A DNA stretch of 64,000 nucleotides from Escherichia coli. Lineage in GTDB: Bacteria; Pseudomonadota; Gammaproteobacteria; Enterobacterales; Enterobacteriaceae. Under the pieces are notes generated by a model that saw nothing but the letters and a program-made list of their open reading frames with translations, searched no databases and had not been told where the DNA came from. The stretch lies in assembly GCF_003334815.1 (NCBI RefSeq), contig NZ_QOWO01000012.1, one strand, 5' to 3'. This document shows, piece after piece, positions 22,858 through 36,634 of the stretch (positions are counted from its first letter, which is position 1; each line of letters starts with the position of its first letter). Made by a program: the position numbers and the translations under genes.

Positions 22858-23937
22858 TTAATTAATTTCAAAATCCAAATCCAGGTCGTCTTCTTTTTCA
22901 TCAGTCGAAGACCCATTTTTACGCGCCAGACTTTTCAGCACGTTCACACAAACAGCCGTCACCACTGCTCCGACAGCCACTGCTGCGATATAACCCAGCT
23001 TGCCTTCAACCACCGGCAGCACAATCAGACCACCCCAGCCTGCATAGCACTGCGCACCGACCAGCGCCGCAGTTACTGCACCACAAACTGAACCGACCAT
23101 GATGGAAGGAATGACACGCAGCGGATCGGCAGCGGCGAAAGGAATCGCCCCTTCAGTAACGCCAACACAGCCCATCACCAGTGCCGCTTTGCCGGTTTCG
23201 CGCTCTTCTGCGGAGAAATTTTTACGACCAATCAGCGTCGCCAGCCCCATCCCCAGCGGCGGGATACAAATACCCACGGCAGCGATGGCCACCACGGTAT
23301 AAACACCCTGAGCAACGCAAATCAGCATGAAGGCATAGGCCACTTTGTTAACCGGACCGCCCATATCGAACGCCAGCATCAGACCCATGATCACCGCCAG
23401 CATAACAATGCTGCCCTGCTGCATCCCCTGAAGCCACTGAGTCAGGCTGTTGGTCAACGCCCCTACAGGCTCGCCCAAGCCCCACATCATGATGCCTGCG
23501 GTAATCAGTGTGCCGACGATAGGAATAATGAAGATAGGCATCACCGAGCGCAGAACTTTATGCACCGGAATTTTCTTCAGGTAATGCACCACGATGCCGC
23601 CGATAATCCCGGCGATCAGTGCACCAAAGAAGCCCGCACCAAAGCTGTTACCAACCCAGGCACCGATAGCGCACGGAGCCAGCGCAGAACGCTCTGCAAT
23701 GGAATAACCGATGTACGCTGCGAGGAAAGGCACCATCAGCGTCAAGCCCGCAACGCCGATATCAAACAGTTTTTTCAGATTTGGATCGGCTACGGCATCC
23801 GGCACTGCGCCTTTGCCATACAACATGACGGAAACCGCCAGCAAAATACCGCCCGATACCACGAAGGGAATCATGTGTGAAACGCCCGTCATTAAATGCT
23901 GACGGGTATTTTTCAGGATCTGCACCAACTCATTCAT
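22858..23937 (-). CDS. frwC: PTS fructose-like EIIC permease
   Basis: 359-aa polytopic membrane ORF of PTS EIIC fructose type. Confidence 0.9.
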   Translation of the reverse strand: MNELVQILKNTRQHLMTGVSHMIPFVVSGGILLAVSVMLYGKGAVPDAVADPNLKKLFDIGVAGLTLMVPFLAAYIGYSIAERSALAPCAIGAWVGNSFGAGFFGALIAGIIGGIVVHYLKKIPVHKVLRSVMPIFIIPIVGTLITAGIMMWGLGEPVGALTNSLTQWLQGMQQGSIVMLAVIMGLMLAFDMGGPVNKVAYAFMLICVAQGVYTVVAIAAVGICIPPLGMGLATLIGRKNFSAEERETGKAALVMGCVGVTEGAIPFAAADPLRVIPSIMVGSVCGAVTAALVGAQCYAGWGGLIVLPVVEGKLGYIAAVAVGAVVTAVCVNVLKSLARKNGSSTDEKEDDLDLDFEIN

Positions 23938-24245
23938 AAGCTGCTCCCGGGCTTGCGAAAGCCCATGTCCATATTTTTGATGGAGGAAACAATAGGCAAT
24001 CGCAGGCGGAGCAAACAGTGGATAAAAAGGCCATTTACTGGACTTTTGTAATATCAGTACAAAAATGCGATCCGCCTCATAACTTGCGATAAACCGGAAG
24101 CATGCCGCAAAACAGCGTCTTGTGAGACGCGTCGCAAATTGACGGTTACATTACATTTGTCCAGCTTTTGGCAGATTTGTCACATGGCAGGCCGTTGCCG
24201 TGCGCTCTTATCCTGTAAACAGAAAACCGTACCGGGAGAGAGGCA

Positions 24246-26747
24246 ATGGCCCTGATTGTGGAATTTATTTGTGAGCTACCTAACGGCGTACATGCGCGTC
24301 CGGCAAGCCACGTTGAAACGCTGTGTAATACTTTTTCATCACAAATTGAGTGGCATAACCTGCGCACTGACCGCAAGGGCAACGCCAAAAGCGCCCTTGC
24401 GCTGATTGGCACCGATACGCTGGCGGGCGATAACTGCCAGTTACTGATTTCCGGGGCCGACGAACAGGAAGCGCACCAGCGTTTAAGCCAATGGCTGCGC
24501 GATGAATTCCCCCACTGCGATGCGCCGCTGGCGGAAGTTAAATCTGACGAACTGGAACCACTGCCGGTTTCACTGACCAATCTGAATCCGCAAATTATCC
24601 GCGCCCGCACCGTGTGCAGCGGTAGTGCAGGCGGCATTCTGACGCCGATCTCTTCTTTAGATCTCAATGCGCTGGGTAATCTTCCCGCAGCCAAAGGCGT
24701 TGACGCCGAGCAATCCGCACTGGAAAACGGCCTGACGCTGGTACTGAAAAACATTGAGTTTCGTCTGCTGGATAGCGACGGTGCTACCAGCGCGATTCTG
24801 GAAGCTCACCGATCCCTGGCTGGCGATACTTCCCTGCGCGAACATTTACTGGCAGGCGTCAGCGCCGGATTAAGCTGCGCCGAAGCAATTGTTGCCAGCG
24901 CGAATCACTTTTGCGAAGAGTTTTCCCGTTCCAGCAGCAGCTACCTGCAAGAACGTGCCCTGGACGTACGCGACGTCTGCTTCCAGTTACTCCAGCAAAT
25001 CTACGGTGAGCAACGCTTCCCGGCACCGGGCAAACTGACGCAGCCCGCCATTTGTATGGCTGATGAACTGACCCCCAGCCAGTTCCTCGAACTGGATAAA
25101 AATCACCTCAAAGGATTGTTGCTCAAAAGCGGCGGCACCACCTCACATACGGTGATCCTTGCCCGTTCGTTCAACATTCCAACGCTGGTTGGTGTGGATA
25201 TTGATGCCCTTACTCCGTGGCAGCAACAAACGATTTATATCGACGGCAACGCCGGGGCGATTGTGGTTGAGCCAGGGGAAGCCGTAGCTCGTTATTATCA
25301 GCAAGAAGCCCGCGTACAGGACGCCCTGCGTGAGCAACAGCGTGTCTGGCTGACCCAACAAGCCCGTACCGCTGACGGTATCCGCATTGAAATTGCCGCT
25401 AACATCGCTCACTCCGTGGAAGCGCAGGCCGCATTCGGCAATGGTGCGGAAGGCGTTGGTTTGTTCCGCACTGAAATGCTCTATATGGATCGCACCAGCG
25501 CACCGGGCGAAAGCGAGTTGTACAACATTTTTTGTCAGGCGCTGGAATCCGCCAACGGACGCAGCATTATTGTGCGCACTATGGACATTGGCGGCGACAA
25601 ACCCGTTGATTATCTGAACATTCCCGCAGAGGCAAACCCGTTCCTCGGTTATCGCGCCGTGCGTATTTATGAAGAGTACGCGTCGTTGTTTACCACGCAG
25701 CTACGGTCGATCCTCCGCGCCTCCGCTCACGGCAGCCTGAAAATCATGATCCCGATGATCTCCTCAATGGAAGAGATCTTATGGGTGAAAGAAAAACTGG
25801 CGGAAGCCAAACAGCAACTACGTAACGAACACATTCCGTTTGATGAGAAAATCCAGCTCGGCATCATGCTGGAAGTGCCGTCGGTGATGTTCATCATCGA
25901 TCAATGCTGCGAAGAGATTGATTTCTTTAGTATTGGTAGTAATGACCTGACGCAGTATCTGCTGGCGGTGGATCGCGATAACGCTAAGGTTACTCGTCAC
26001 TACAACAGCCTGAATCCGGCATTCTTGCGGGCGCTCGATTACGCCGTGCAAGCGGTGCATCGCCAGGGCAAATGGATTGGTCTGTGCGGTGAGCTGGGAG
26101 CGAAAGGTTCCGTGCTGCCGTTGCTGGTCGGCTTAGGGCTGGATGAACTCAGCATGAGCGCACCATCAATTCCGGCGGCGAAAGCTCGGATGGCGCAACT
26201 TGATAGCCGTGAGTGCCGCAAGTTGCTCAACCAGGCAATGGCCTGCCGTACTTCGCTGGAAGTGGAACACCTGCTGGCGCAATTCCGCATGACCCAACAA
26301 GACGCACCGCTGGTCACCGCCGAGTGCATCACACTGGAAAGCGACTGGCGCAGCAAAGAAGAAGTGCTCAAAGGCATGACCGATAACCTGCTGCTGGCGA
26401 GCCGCTGCCGCTATCCGCGTAAACTGGAAGCCGACTTGTGGGCGCGCGAGGCCGTTTTCTCTACCGGTCTGGGCTTTAGTTTTGCCATTCCACACAGCAA
26501 ATCAGAACACATTGAGCAATCCACCATCAGCGTGGCGCGTCTGCAAGCGCCGGTGCGCTGGGGCGATGATGAAGCGCAATTCATCATTATGTTAACCCTG
26601 AACAAACACGCTGCGGGCGATCAGCATATGCGCATTTTCTCGCGCCTCGCTCGCCGCATCATGCACGAAGAATTCCGTAACGCGCTGGTTAACGCCGCCT
26701 CTGCCGACGCTATCGCCAGCCTGCTGCAACATGAACTGGAACTGTAA
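24246..26747 (+). CDS. ptsA: Multiphosphoryl transfer protein (HPr-like, Enzyme I-like and EIIA-like domains)
   Basis: 833-aa ORF; N-terminal HPr-like region with HARPA, central Enzyme I (PEP-utilising) domain, C-terminal EIIA-Fru-like domain. Confidence 0.93.
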   Translation: MALIVEFICELPNGVHARPASHVETLCNTFSSQIEWHNLRTDRKGNAKSALALIGTDTLAGDNCQLLISGADEQEAHQRLSQWLRDEFPHCDAPLAEVKSDELEPLPVSLTNLNPQIIRARTVCSGSAGGILTPISSLDLNALGNLPAAKGVDAEQSALENGLTLVLKNIEFRLLDSDGATSAILEAHRSLAGDTSLREHLLAGVSAGLSCAEAIVASANHFCEEFSRSSSSYLQERALDVRDVCFQLLQQIYGEQRFPAPGKLTQPAICMADELTPSQFLELDKNHLKGLLLKSGGTTSHTVILARSFNIPTLVGVDIDALTPWQQQTIYIDGNAGAIVVEPGEAVARYYQQEARVQDALREQQRVWLTQQARTADGIRIEIAANIAHSVEAQAAFGNGAEGVGLFRTEMLYMDRTSAPGESELYNIFCQALESANGRSIIVRTMDIGGDKPVDYLNIPAEANPFLGYRAVRIYEEYASLFTTQLRSILRASAHGSLKIMIPMISSMEEILWVKEKLAEAKQQLRNEHIPFDEKIQLGIMLEVPSVMFIIDQCCEEIDFFSIGSNDLTQYLLAVDRDNAKVTRHYNSLNPAFLRALDYAVQAVHRQGKWIGLCGELGAKGSVLPLLVGLGLDELSMSAPSIPAAKARMAQLDSRECRKLLNQAMACRTSLEVEHLLAQFRMTQQDAPLVTAECITLESDWRSKEEVLKGMTDNLLLASRCRYPRKLEADLWAREAVFSTGLGFSFAIPHSKSEHIEQSTISVARLQAPVRWGDDEAQFIIMLTLNKHAAGDQHMRIFSRLARRIMHEEFRNALVNAASADAIASLLQHELEL

Positions 26748-26758
26748 AAGGAAACATC

Positions 26759-27421
26759 ATGGAACTGTATCTGGACACCGCTAACGTCGCAGAAGTCGAA
26801 CGTCTGGCACGCATATTCCCCATTGCCGGGGTGACAACTAACCCGAGCATTATCGCTGCCAGCAAGGAGTCCATATGGGAAGTGCTGCCGCGTCTGCAAA
26901 AAGCGATTGGTGATGAGGGCATTCTGTTTGCTCAGACCATGAGCCGCGACGCGCAGGGGATGGTGGAAGAAGCGAAGCGCCTGCGCGACGCTATTCCGGG
27001 TATTGTGGTGAAAATCCCGGTGACTTCCGAAGGTCTGGCAGCAATTAAAATACTGAAAAAAGAGGGTATTACTACACTTGGCACTGCTGTATATAGCGCC
27101 GCACAAGGGTTATTAGCCGCACTGGCAGGGGCAAAATACGTTGCTCCGTATGTTAACCGCGTAGATGCCCAGAGCGGAGACGGCATTCGTACGGTTCAGG
27201 AGCTGCAAACGCTGTTAGAAATGCACGCGCCAGAAAGCATGGTGCTGGCAGCCAGCTTTAAAACGCCGCGTCAGGCGCTGGACTGTTTACTGGCAGGATG
27301 TGAATCCATCACCCTGCCCTTAGATGTAGCGCAACAAATGCTCAACACCCCTGCGGTAGAGTCAGCTATAGAGAAGTTCGAACACGACTGGAATGCCGCA
27401 TTTGGCACTACTCATCTCTAA
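26759..27421 (+). CDS. fsaB: Fructose-6-phosphate aldolase 2
   Basis: 220-aa ORF; [10 protein letters not shown], transaldolase-like TIM barrel. Confidence 0.93.
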
Positions 27422-27431
27422 AGGAGCAATT

Positions 27432-28535
27432 ATGGACCGCATTATTCAATCACCGGGTAAATACATCCAGGGCGCTGATGTGATTAATCGTCTGGGCGAA
27501 TACCTGAAGCCGCTGGCAGAACGCTGGTTAGTGGTGGGTGACAAATTTGTTTTAGGTTTTGCTCAATCCACTGTCGAGAAAAGCTTTAAAGATGCTGGAC
27601 TGGTAGTAGAAATTGCGCCGTTTGGCGGTGAATGTTCGCAAAATGAGATCGACCGTCTGCGTGGCATCGCGGAGACTGCGCAGTGTGGCGCAATTCTCGG
27701 TATCGGTGGCGGAAAAACCCTCGATACTGCCAAAGCACTGGCACATTTCATGGGTGTTCCGGTAGCGATCGCACCGACTATCGCCTCTACCGATGCACCG
27801 TGCAGCGCATTGTCTGTTATCTACACCGATGAGGGTGAGTTTGACCGCTATCTGCTGTTGCCAAATAACCCGAATATGGTCATTGTCGACACCAAAATCG
27901 TCGCTGGCGCACCTGCACGTCTGTTAGCGGCGGGTATCGGCGATGCGCTGGCAACCTGGTTTGAAGCGCGTGCCTGCTCTCGTAGCGGCGCGACCACCAT
28001 GGCGGGCGGCAAGTGCACCCAGGCTGCGCTGGCACTGGCTGAACTGTGCTACAACACCCTGCTGGAAGAAGGCGAAAAAGCGATGCTTGCTGCCGAACAG
28101 CATGTAGTGACTCCGGCGCTGGAGCGCGTGATTGAAGCGAACACCTATTTGAGCGGTGTTGGTTTTGAAAGTGGTGGTCTGGCTGCGGCGCACGCAGTGC
28201 ATAACGGCCTGACCGCTATCCCGGACGCGCATCACTATTATCACGGTGAAAAAGTGGCATTCGGTACGCTGACGCAGCTGGTTCTGGAAAATGCGCCGGT
28301 GGAGGAAATCGAAACCGTAGCTGCCCTTAGCCATGCGGTAGGTTTGCCAATAACTCTCGCTCAACTGGATATTAAAGAAGATGTCCCGGCGAAAATGCGA
28401 ATTGTGGCAGAAGCGGCATGTGCAGAAGGTGAAACCATTCACAACATGCCTGGCGGCGCGACGCCAGATCAGGTTTACGCCGCTCTGCTGGTAGCCGACC
28501 AGTACGGTCAGCGTTTCCTGCAAGAGTGGGAATAA
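27432..28535 (+). CDS. gldA: Glycerol dehydrogenase
   Basis: ORF 27393..28535 trimmed to [14 protein letters not shown]; iron-containing alcohol dehydrogenase family ([12 protein letters not shown]). Confidence 0.95.
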
Positions 28536-28543
28536 CCTACTCC

Positions 28544-28569
28544 AAACTCCCGGCTTGTCCGGGAGTTTG
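28544..28569 (+). terminator. Putative terminator hairpin after gldA
   Basis: Stem CAAACTCCCGG / CCGGGAGTTTG with a 6-nt loop, 8 nt past the gldA stop; no strong T-run, so may be a stabiliser rather than a terminator. Confidence 0.5.
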
Positions 28570-28580
28570 AACGCAAAATT

Positions 28581-28679
28581 GCCTGATGCGCTACGCTTAT
28601 CAGGCCTACGCAATCTCTGCAATATATTGAATTTGCGTGCTTTTGTAGGCCGGATAAGGCGTTCACTCCGCATCCGGCA
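28581..28679. repeat. BIME (inverted REP pair)
   Basis: GCCTGATGCGCTACGCTTATCAGGCCTAC ... GTAGGCCGGATAAGGCGTTCACTCCGCATCCGGCA; near-identical to the copy after metJ. Confidence 0.85.
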
Positions 28680-28809
28680 CTCTGTGCCAGTAATCTGAAA
28701 CTCCCACGTTGTTCAGGAATTTTTTATCCGCTTCTGGACATTTTCTCTACAGAACAATCGTTAGCCCGGAAGGTCGAATCTGTGACTCTTATTTTCACGG
28801 ACGAACCAG

Positions 28810-29427
28810 ATGAAAGCTTCACTGGCGCTGCTCAGCCTGCTAACGGCATTTACCAGCCACTCCTTAAAATCTCCCGCCGTTCCACCAACCGTGGTACAAA
28901 TCCAGGCCAATACCAACCTTGCCATCGCAGACGGTGCCAGACAGCAAATTGGCAGCACGCTATTTTACGATCCGGCGTATGTGCAGCTTACTTATCCTGG
29001 CGGTGATGTTCCGCAAGAACGCGGTGTATGTTCCGATGTGGTGATCCGCGCATTGCGCAGCCAGAAGGTCGATTTGCAGAAACTGGTTCACGAAGATATG
29101 GCGAAGAATTTTGCTGAGTACCCGCAAAAATGGAAGTTAAAGCGCCCGGACAGCAACATCGATCACCGTCGGGTGCCTAATCTGGAAACCTGGTTTAGCC
29201 GCCATGATAAAACACGCCCCACCAGCAAGAACCCCAGTGACTATCAAGCGGGCGATATTGTCTCCTGGCGACTGGATAACGGGCTGGCACATATTGGGGT
29301 GGTTTCAGATGGCTTCGCCCGCGACGGTACGCCGCTGGTGATACATAACATTGGCGCAGGCGCGCAGGAAGAAGATGTGCTGTTTAACTGGCGGATGGTG
29401 GGGCATTATCGTTATTTTGTTAAATAA
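28810..29427 (+). CDS. yijF: DUF1287-family uncharacterised protein
   Basis: 205-aa ORF with N-terminal signal peptide (MKASLALLSLLTAFTSHS); recognised as YijF. Confidence 0.8.
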   Translation: MKASLALLSLLTAFTSHSLKSPAVPPTVVQIQANTNLAIADGARQQIGSTLFYDPAYVQLTYPGGDVPQERGVCSDVVIRALRSQKVDLQKLVHEDMAKNFAEYPQKWKLKRPDSNIDHRRVPNLETWFSRHDKTRPTSKNPSDYQAGDIVSWRLDNGLAHIGVVSDGFARDGTPLVIHNIGAGAQEEDVLFNWRMVGHYRYFVK

Positions 29428-29453
29428 GAGATCGCCCCACATGAAGAAAAAAT

Positions 29454-30359
29454 TCAGATCCTTTTTACACTGACGGCTTCTTTTTTCTTACGGCTCACCA
29501 GCGCCAGTGCCAGCACAATCAGCACAATACCGCTACCTTCAACGGCCCCCGGATTCTCGCCGAGCAGCCACCAGGAAAAGAGTACGCCGCAAACGGGAAC
29601 GGCCAGTGTGCTTAAGCTGGCAATACTGGCAGGCAAGTTTTTCAATACAAACAACCATAAGCTCCACGCCAGTGCCGTCGCCAGAATCGCACTGTAGGCC
29701 AGCGCCCAGAACACGGTGGGCTGCCAGTCAATTTCACGTTGCGGCACCAGTAAAGCGACCACACTCATCACCAGCGCCGCATACAGCATCTGCCAGGATG
29801 TTAACGACAATAAATCCACGCGCGGATGACGGGCATACAGACGTTTAGCAACAATCGCGCTCGCCCCCCAACTGACGCCGGAGAGGATTGCCAGCATGGC
29901 ACTTTTCATCGAAGAGAAATCGAGTTGCCACGGCTGCAACACCAAAAATAAGCCGAAAGCGGCAATCAGAATCGCGAAATATTGCCCACGTCGCAGGCGT
30001 TCACCGAGAAACAACGCGGCGAAAATCACCACCCAGAACGGCATGGTATAGCTCAGGATCGCCACCTTCCCCGCACCTCCGCTGACCAACGCCCACTGCG
30101 CCAGACCAACCATCCCGCAGGTTTGTAACAGGGCAATGGCTAAGGTGTATTTAAACGGTGTCGGGCGCATTCCGCGACCACGTAATAAAAGGACGATGAA
30201 TAAAACGAGAGCGCCGAAAATGCAGCGTAAGGCGGTAAAGTCGAAGGCACCGATGTAACTGGTGACTTGCTTCATGAAAATCCAGCTATAACTCCAGATA
30301 AGTGTGAGCACAACCAGGCCACTGATTGCCAGTGGGTTGCTCTTTCCTGCGGCAGACAT
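29454..30359 (-). CDS. yijE: EamA/DMT-family inner-membrane transporter
   Basis: ORF 29454..30392 trimmed to MSAAGKSN; ten predicted TM helices in a duplicated EamA arrangement. Confidence 0.85.
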
Positions 30360-30451
30360 GAGAGATCCAGTGTGTAGTTTTCGTTCGCCCACTATACGCT
30401 GGTAAAGAACGTTCAGCGACTGCCAGCAAGCAGCCGCTGAACGGGGTCAGA

Positions 30452-32686
<2,235 letters not shown>

Positions 32687-32960
32687 TTATAATTGAATTA
32701 ATCCACGGATGCGATAGTTGAGATCTTACATATTGTTGGTTAAAGAGATGTAGATCAAATTGATCTTAATTAAGCTTTTTTGATTATGTCCGAATTCGGA
32801 CAAATGCTTTATAAAAAAGGGTTTTAGCTTCATATCCTTCAAGTAATGAGGGAGAAAACAAGGCTGATAACCTTATTTTCCCGCCCTCATTTCGAGGCAG
32901 CATTTTGTGCTCTGTTTAAAATTTGTGATCACTGTGTGATTTTCACAAAAGCCACACTAT

Positions 32961-33854
<894 letters not shown>

Positions 33855-33908
33855 TTACCTCATCAATCGCTTGTAGTTATATGTTGTGTTGTGCACATCT
33901 ATCCGTTT

Positions 33909-33932
33909 AGACGTCCAGATGTAAAGATGAAG
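33909..33932. promoter_or_regulatory. Tandem met boxes (MetJ operator) of metF
   Basis: Tandem 8-bp units AGACGTCC AGATGTAA AGATGAAG resembling the AGACGTCT consensus, about 60 bp upstream of the metF start. Confidence 0.7.
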
Positions 33933-34199
33933 GAAAAGCCGAAGGGCGTCAACCGAAAAATGACCAATGATGGTGAGGAAAAATCAGGGAAGATGAAAAA
34001 ACTTCAGGATGGTAAGAAAAAGAAAATCCGGTATGCAAAGCAAACCGGACTGCAAATATAAACTAACCATGTACTTATTGCTTCTTGCCGGATTCGTCGT
34101 AAACGCTTAATCCGGCCTAATCCTATGATAATTCAATATATTTCATTAGAAACCATAAACCCGAAAACATGAGTACCGGGCATTATTAAATTTCTGAAA

Positions 34200-36632
34200 T
34201 TACAACAACTGTGCCAGCCGGTTGATATCCGACTGAATCGCCCCGGCGGTGACGTCGCGCCCAGCGCCAGGTCCGCGGATCACCAGAGGGTTATCGCGAT
34301 ACCAGCGGCTTTCGATGGCAAAGACGTTATCGCACGGCAGCAGTGATGCCAACGGATGATCTTCACGCACCGCTTCCACGCCTACACGCGCTTTACCGTT
34401 GGCATCGAAACGCGCCACGTAGCGCAGCACCAGCCCCATTTCGCGGGCCGCTTCCAGCCGTTGCACCATCTGCTCGTTCAGTTCATCGCCATTTTCAAAG
34501 AAATGGTCGATGCTGCCGCCTTCGCAATGAGCAGGCACCAGCGATTCCACACGTACCTGATCCGGTTCGATGTTGTAACCTGCTTCACGCGCCAGAATCA
34601 CCAGCTTGCGCATCACGTCTTTGCCAGAGAGATCGTCACGCGGGTCAGGTTCGGTTAAGCCCTGCTGCCACGCCTGATCCACCAGCTCGGTAAACGGCAC
34701 GCTACCGTCGAATTGCAGGAACAGCCAGGAGAGCGTGCCGGAGAAGATCCCGCTGATCGACAAAATAGTATCGCCGCTGTCGATCAGATCGCGCACGGTG
34801 TGGTTGATCGGCAAGCCCGCACCGACGGTGGCATTGTACAGCCAGTGACGCCCGGTTTTTTCGAAGGCGTCGTGGATCTGGCGATATTTATTGCTGTCGC
34901 TGGCTCCCGCCAGTTTGTTGGCGCTGATAACGTGGAAACCGTGGCTGGCGAAATCAAGATACTGATCAGCAAGCTGCTGGCTGGCGGTAACGTCCAGCAC
35001 CACTAAATCATCATACGGATGGGCGCGCATCCACAGGAACAACGACTCTTCATCCTGCTCAACCGCTTCATCGTTGAAGAAGGCTAACGCGCGGCTGGCG
35101 TCCAGCCCGTCATAGCTCAACAGGCTGCGGCGGCTGTCCACCACACCTGCCAGCACAAACTCAAAGCCGGTACGTGCCGAAAGCGTGCTCTGCTCACGGG
35201 CGAACAGTTCCAGCCAACGGGAACCGATATTGCCCTTACCGAACAATACCAGGCCGATGCGTTTTTCTGCGCGGAAGACGGACTGATGCAGCCCCTGAAT
35301 CAGGCTTTCGGTCGGGCCGGTGCGCAGTACTGCCACCAGGCTGATGCCGTCATCGGACTGCCAGGTAAATTCGACCGGCTGGCCTTTCAGTTGCTGCCAG
35401 AAGCGGTGGCAATGCAGCGGGTTACGGGTGACGCCTGCACCGACCATCGCCACCAGCGCCAGCCCCTGACGCAGGCGCAGTTCGCCAGGTAATCCCGCTT
35501 CGTCGAGGATTTTCAGCGCACTGTCGGCCACTTCTGAGGTGTAGCAAAATTGCAGCAACTGGCGATCGTTATGTACGCCAACCGCCAGCGGGCGTACCTG
35601 CGCGCGTTTCAGGATTTGGTCGATCTCTTTATGCGCCAGTTTGAAATCCTGACTGGCGGGCACCTGAAACTCAATCAAACAGACATCATCGTGGCTGGTG
35701 ACAATACGCGCACCAGTACCGGAGGCCAGCACGCGTTCAATGCGCGTGGAACCTTGATCCGGCGTGTAGCTACAGCGCAGTTGCAGGTCGATTTCGCTGC
35801 CAGAAACCGGCTGTAAAGTACGGGCGTGAAGAACGGGAGCCGCCAGGCGCGCCAGTTCGCTGGCCTCATCCAGACGCAGCAACGGCAGCAGGCAGGCATC
35901 TTTCACTTTACGCGGGTCGGCACTGTATACCCCGGCGACGTCGCTCCAGATGGTTACGCGAGAAACACCCGCCAGCGCACCGATTTGTGTCGCGGAATAG
36001 TCGGAACCGTTACGCCCCAGCAGCACCGTTTCACCGGCGTTGTTGCGGCTGATAAATCCGGTCACCACCAGACGTTTGCCCGGATGTTGCACCAGCAGCT
36101 GTTGCAGCAACGGGTAAGAAAGCCCTTCATCAACCTGCGGTTGTGCGGCGCGTTCAGCGCGTAAAAACTCGCGGGCATCAAGCCAGGCCGCTGGCAGCCC
36201 TTGTTGATTAAGTACCGCAGACATCAGACGTGCCGACCATACTTCCCCGTGGCCCACCACTTCCGCATACACTGCGTCGTTAATACCGCTGTCGAGCAGC
36301 GCCGCCAGGCGCTCAAGGTCGCTGACAAAAGCGCTAATGAGGCTATCGGCTTCTTCAGCGGGTAGCAGACCGCTAATCAGATCGCACTGATAGCGACGCA
36401 GCGTTTGTTGAACCTGATGCGCAGAGAGACGATCGGTCTGGCTTAGTTTCAACCAGTTAATCAACTGGTTAGTGGTGCTACCGGCGGCGGAAACCACCAT
36501 CATATCGTCAGGCTGAGAGTACTCCGCCATAATGCCCGCGACACGCAAATAACACTTCACATCAGCCAGACTACTGCCACCAAATTTATGCAGCTGACGA
36601 CCTTTCGCCCCTGCCTGCGCAATCACACTCAT
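34200..36632 (-). CDS. metL: Bifunctional aspartokinase II / homoserine dehydrogenase II
   Basis: 810-aa ORF; N-terminal aspartokinase and C-terminal homoserine dehydrogenase domains. Confidence 0.97.
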   Translation of the reverse strand: MSVIAQAGAKGRQLHKFGGSSLADVKCYLRVAGIMAEYSQPDDMMVVSAAGSTTNQLINWLKLSQTDRLSAHQVQQTLRRYQCDLISGLLPAEEADSLISAFVSDLERLAALLDSGINDAVYAEVVGHGEVWSARLMSAVLNQQGLPAAWLDAREFLRAERAAQPQVDEGLSYPLLQQLLVQHPGKRLVVTGFISRNNAGETVLLGRNGSDYSATQIGALAGVSRVTIWSDVAGVYSADPRKVKDACLLPLLRLDEASELARLAAPVLHARTLQPVSGSEIDLQLRCSYTPDQGSTRIERVLASGTGARIVTSHDDVCLIEFQVPASQDFKLAHKEIDQILKRAQVRPLAVGVHNDRQLLQFCYTSEVADSALKILDEAGLPGELRLRQGLALVAMVGAGVTRNPLHCHRFWQQLKGQPVEFTWQSDDGISLVAVLRTGPTESLIQGLHQSVFRAEKRIGLVLFGKGNIGSRWLELFAREQSTLSARTGFEFVLAGVVDSRRSLLSYDGLDASRALAFFNDEAVEQDEESLFLWMRAHPYDDLVVLDVTASQQLADQYLDFASHGFHVISANKLAGASDSNKYRQIHDAFEKTGRHWLYNATVGAGLPINHTVRDLIDSGDTILSISGIFSGTLSWLFLQFDGSVPFTELVDQAWQQGLTEPDPRDDLSGKDVMRKLVILAREAGYNIEPDQVRVESLVPAHCEGGSIDHFFENGDELNEQMVQRLEAAREMGLVLRYVARFDANGKARVGVEAVREDHPLASLLPCDNVFAIESRWYRDNPLVIRGPGAGRDVTAGAIQSDINRLAQLL

Positions 36633-36634
36633 TT

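Noticed and set aside
24146-24754. 202-aa minus-strand ORF overlapping the ptsA start
   Set aside because: Ser/Ala/Arg-rich antisense frame; ptsA is strongly supported on the opposite strand.
27924-28673. 249-aa minus-strand ORF antisense to gldA and running into the REP region
   Set aside because: Antisense to gldA and continues through REP palindromes; Arg-rich low-complexity translation.
33927-34061. Lys-rich 44-aa reading frame (MKEKPKGVNRKMTNDGEEKSGKMKKLQDGKKKKIRYAKQTGLQI) in the metL-metF intergenic region
   Set aside because: It is the translation of a purine-rich tract on the strand opposite metF, overlaps the metF met-box operator, and has no convincing Shine-Dalgarno sequence; most likely a compositional artefact, though ribosome profiling could settle it.
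34087-34116. Hairpin GCCGGATT...AATCCGGC downstream of metL as a possible REP or terminator
   Set aside because: Only an 8-bp stem with a 14-nt loop and no flanking T-run on either strand; too weak to call a terminator or a canonical REP.
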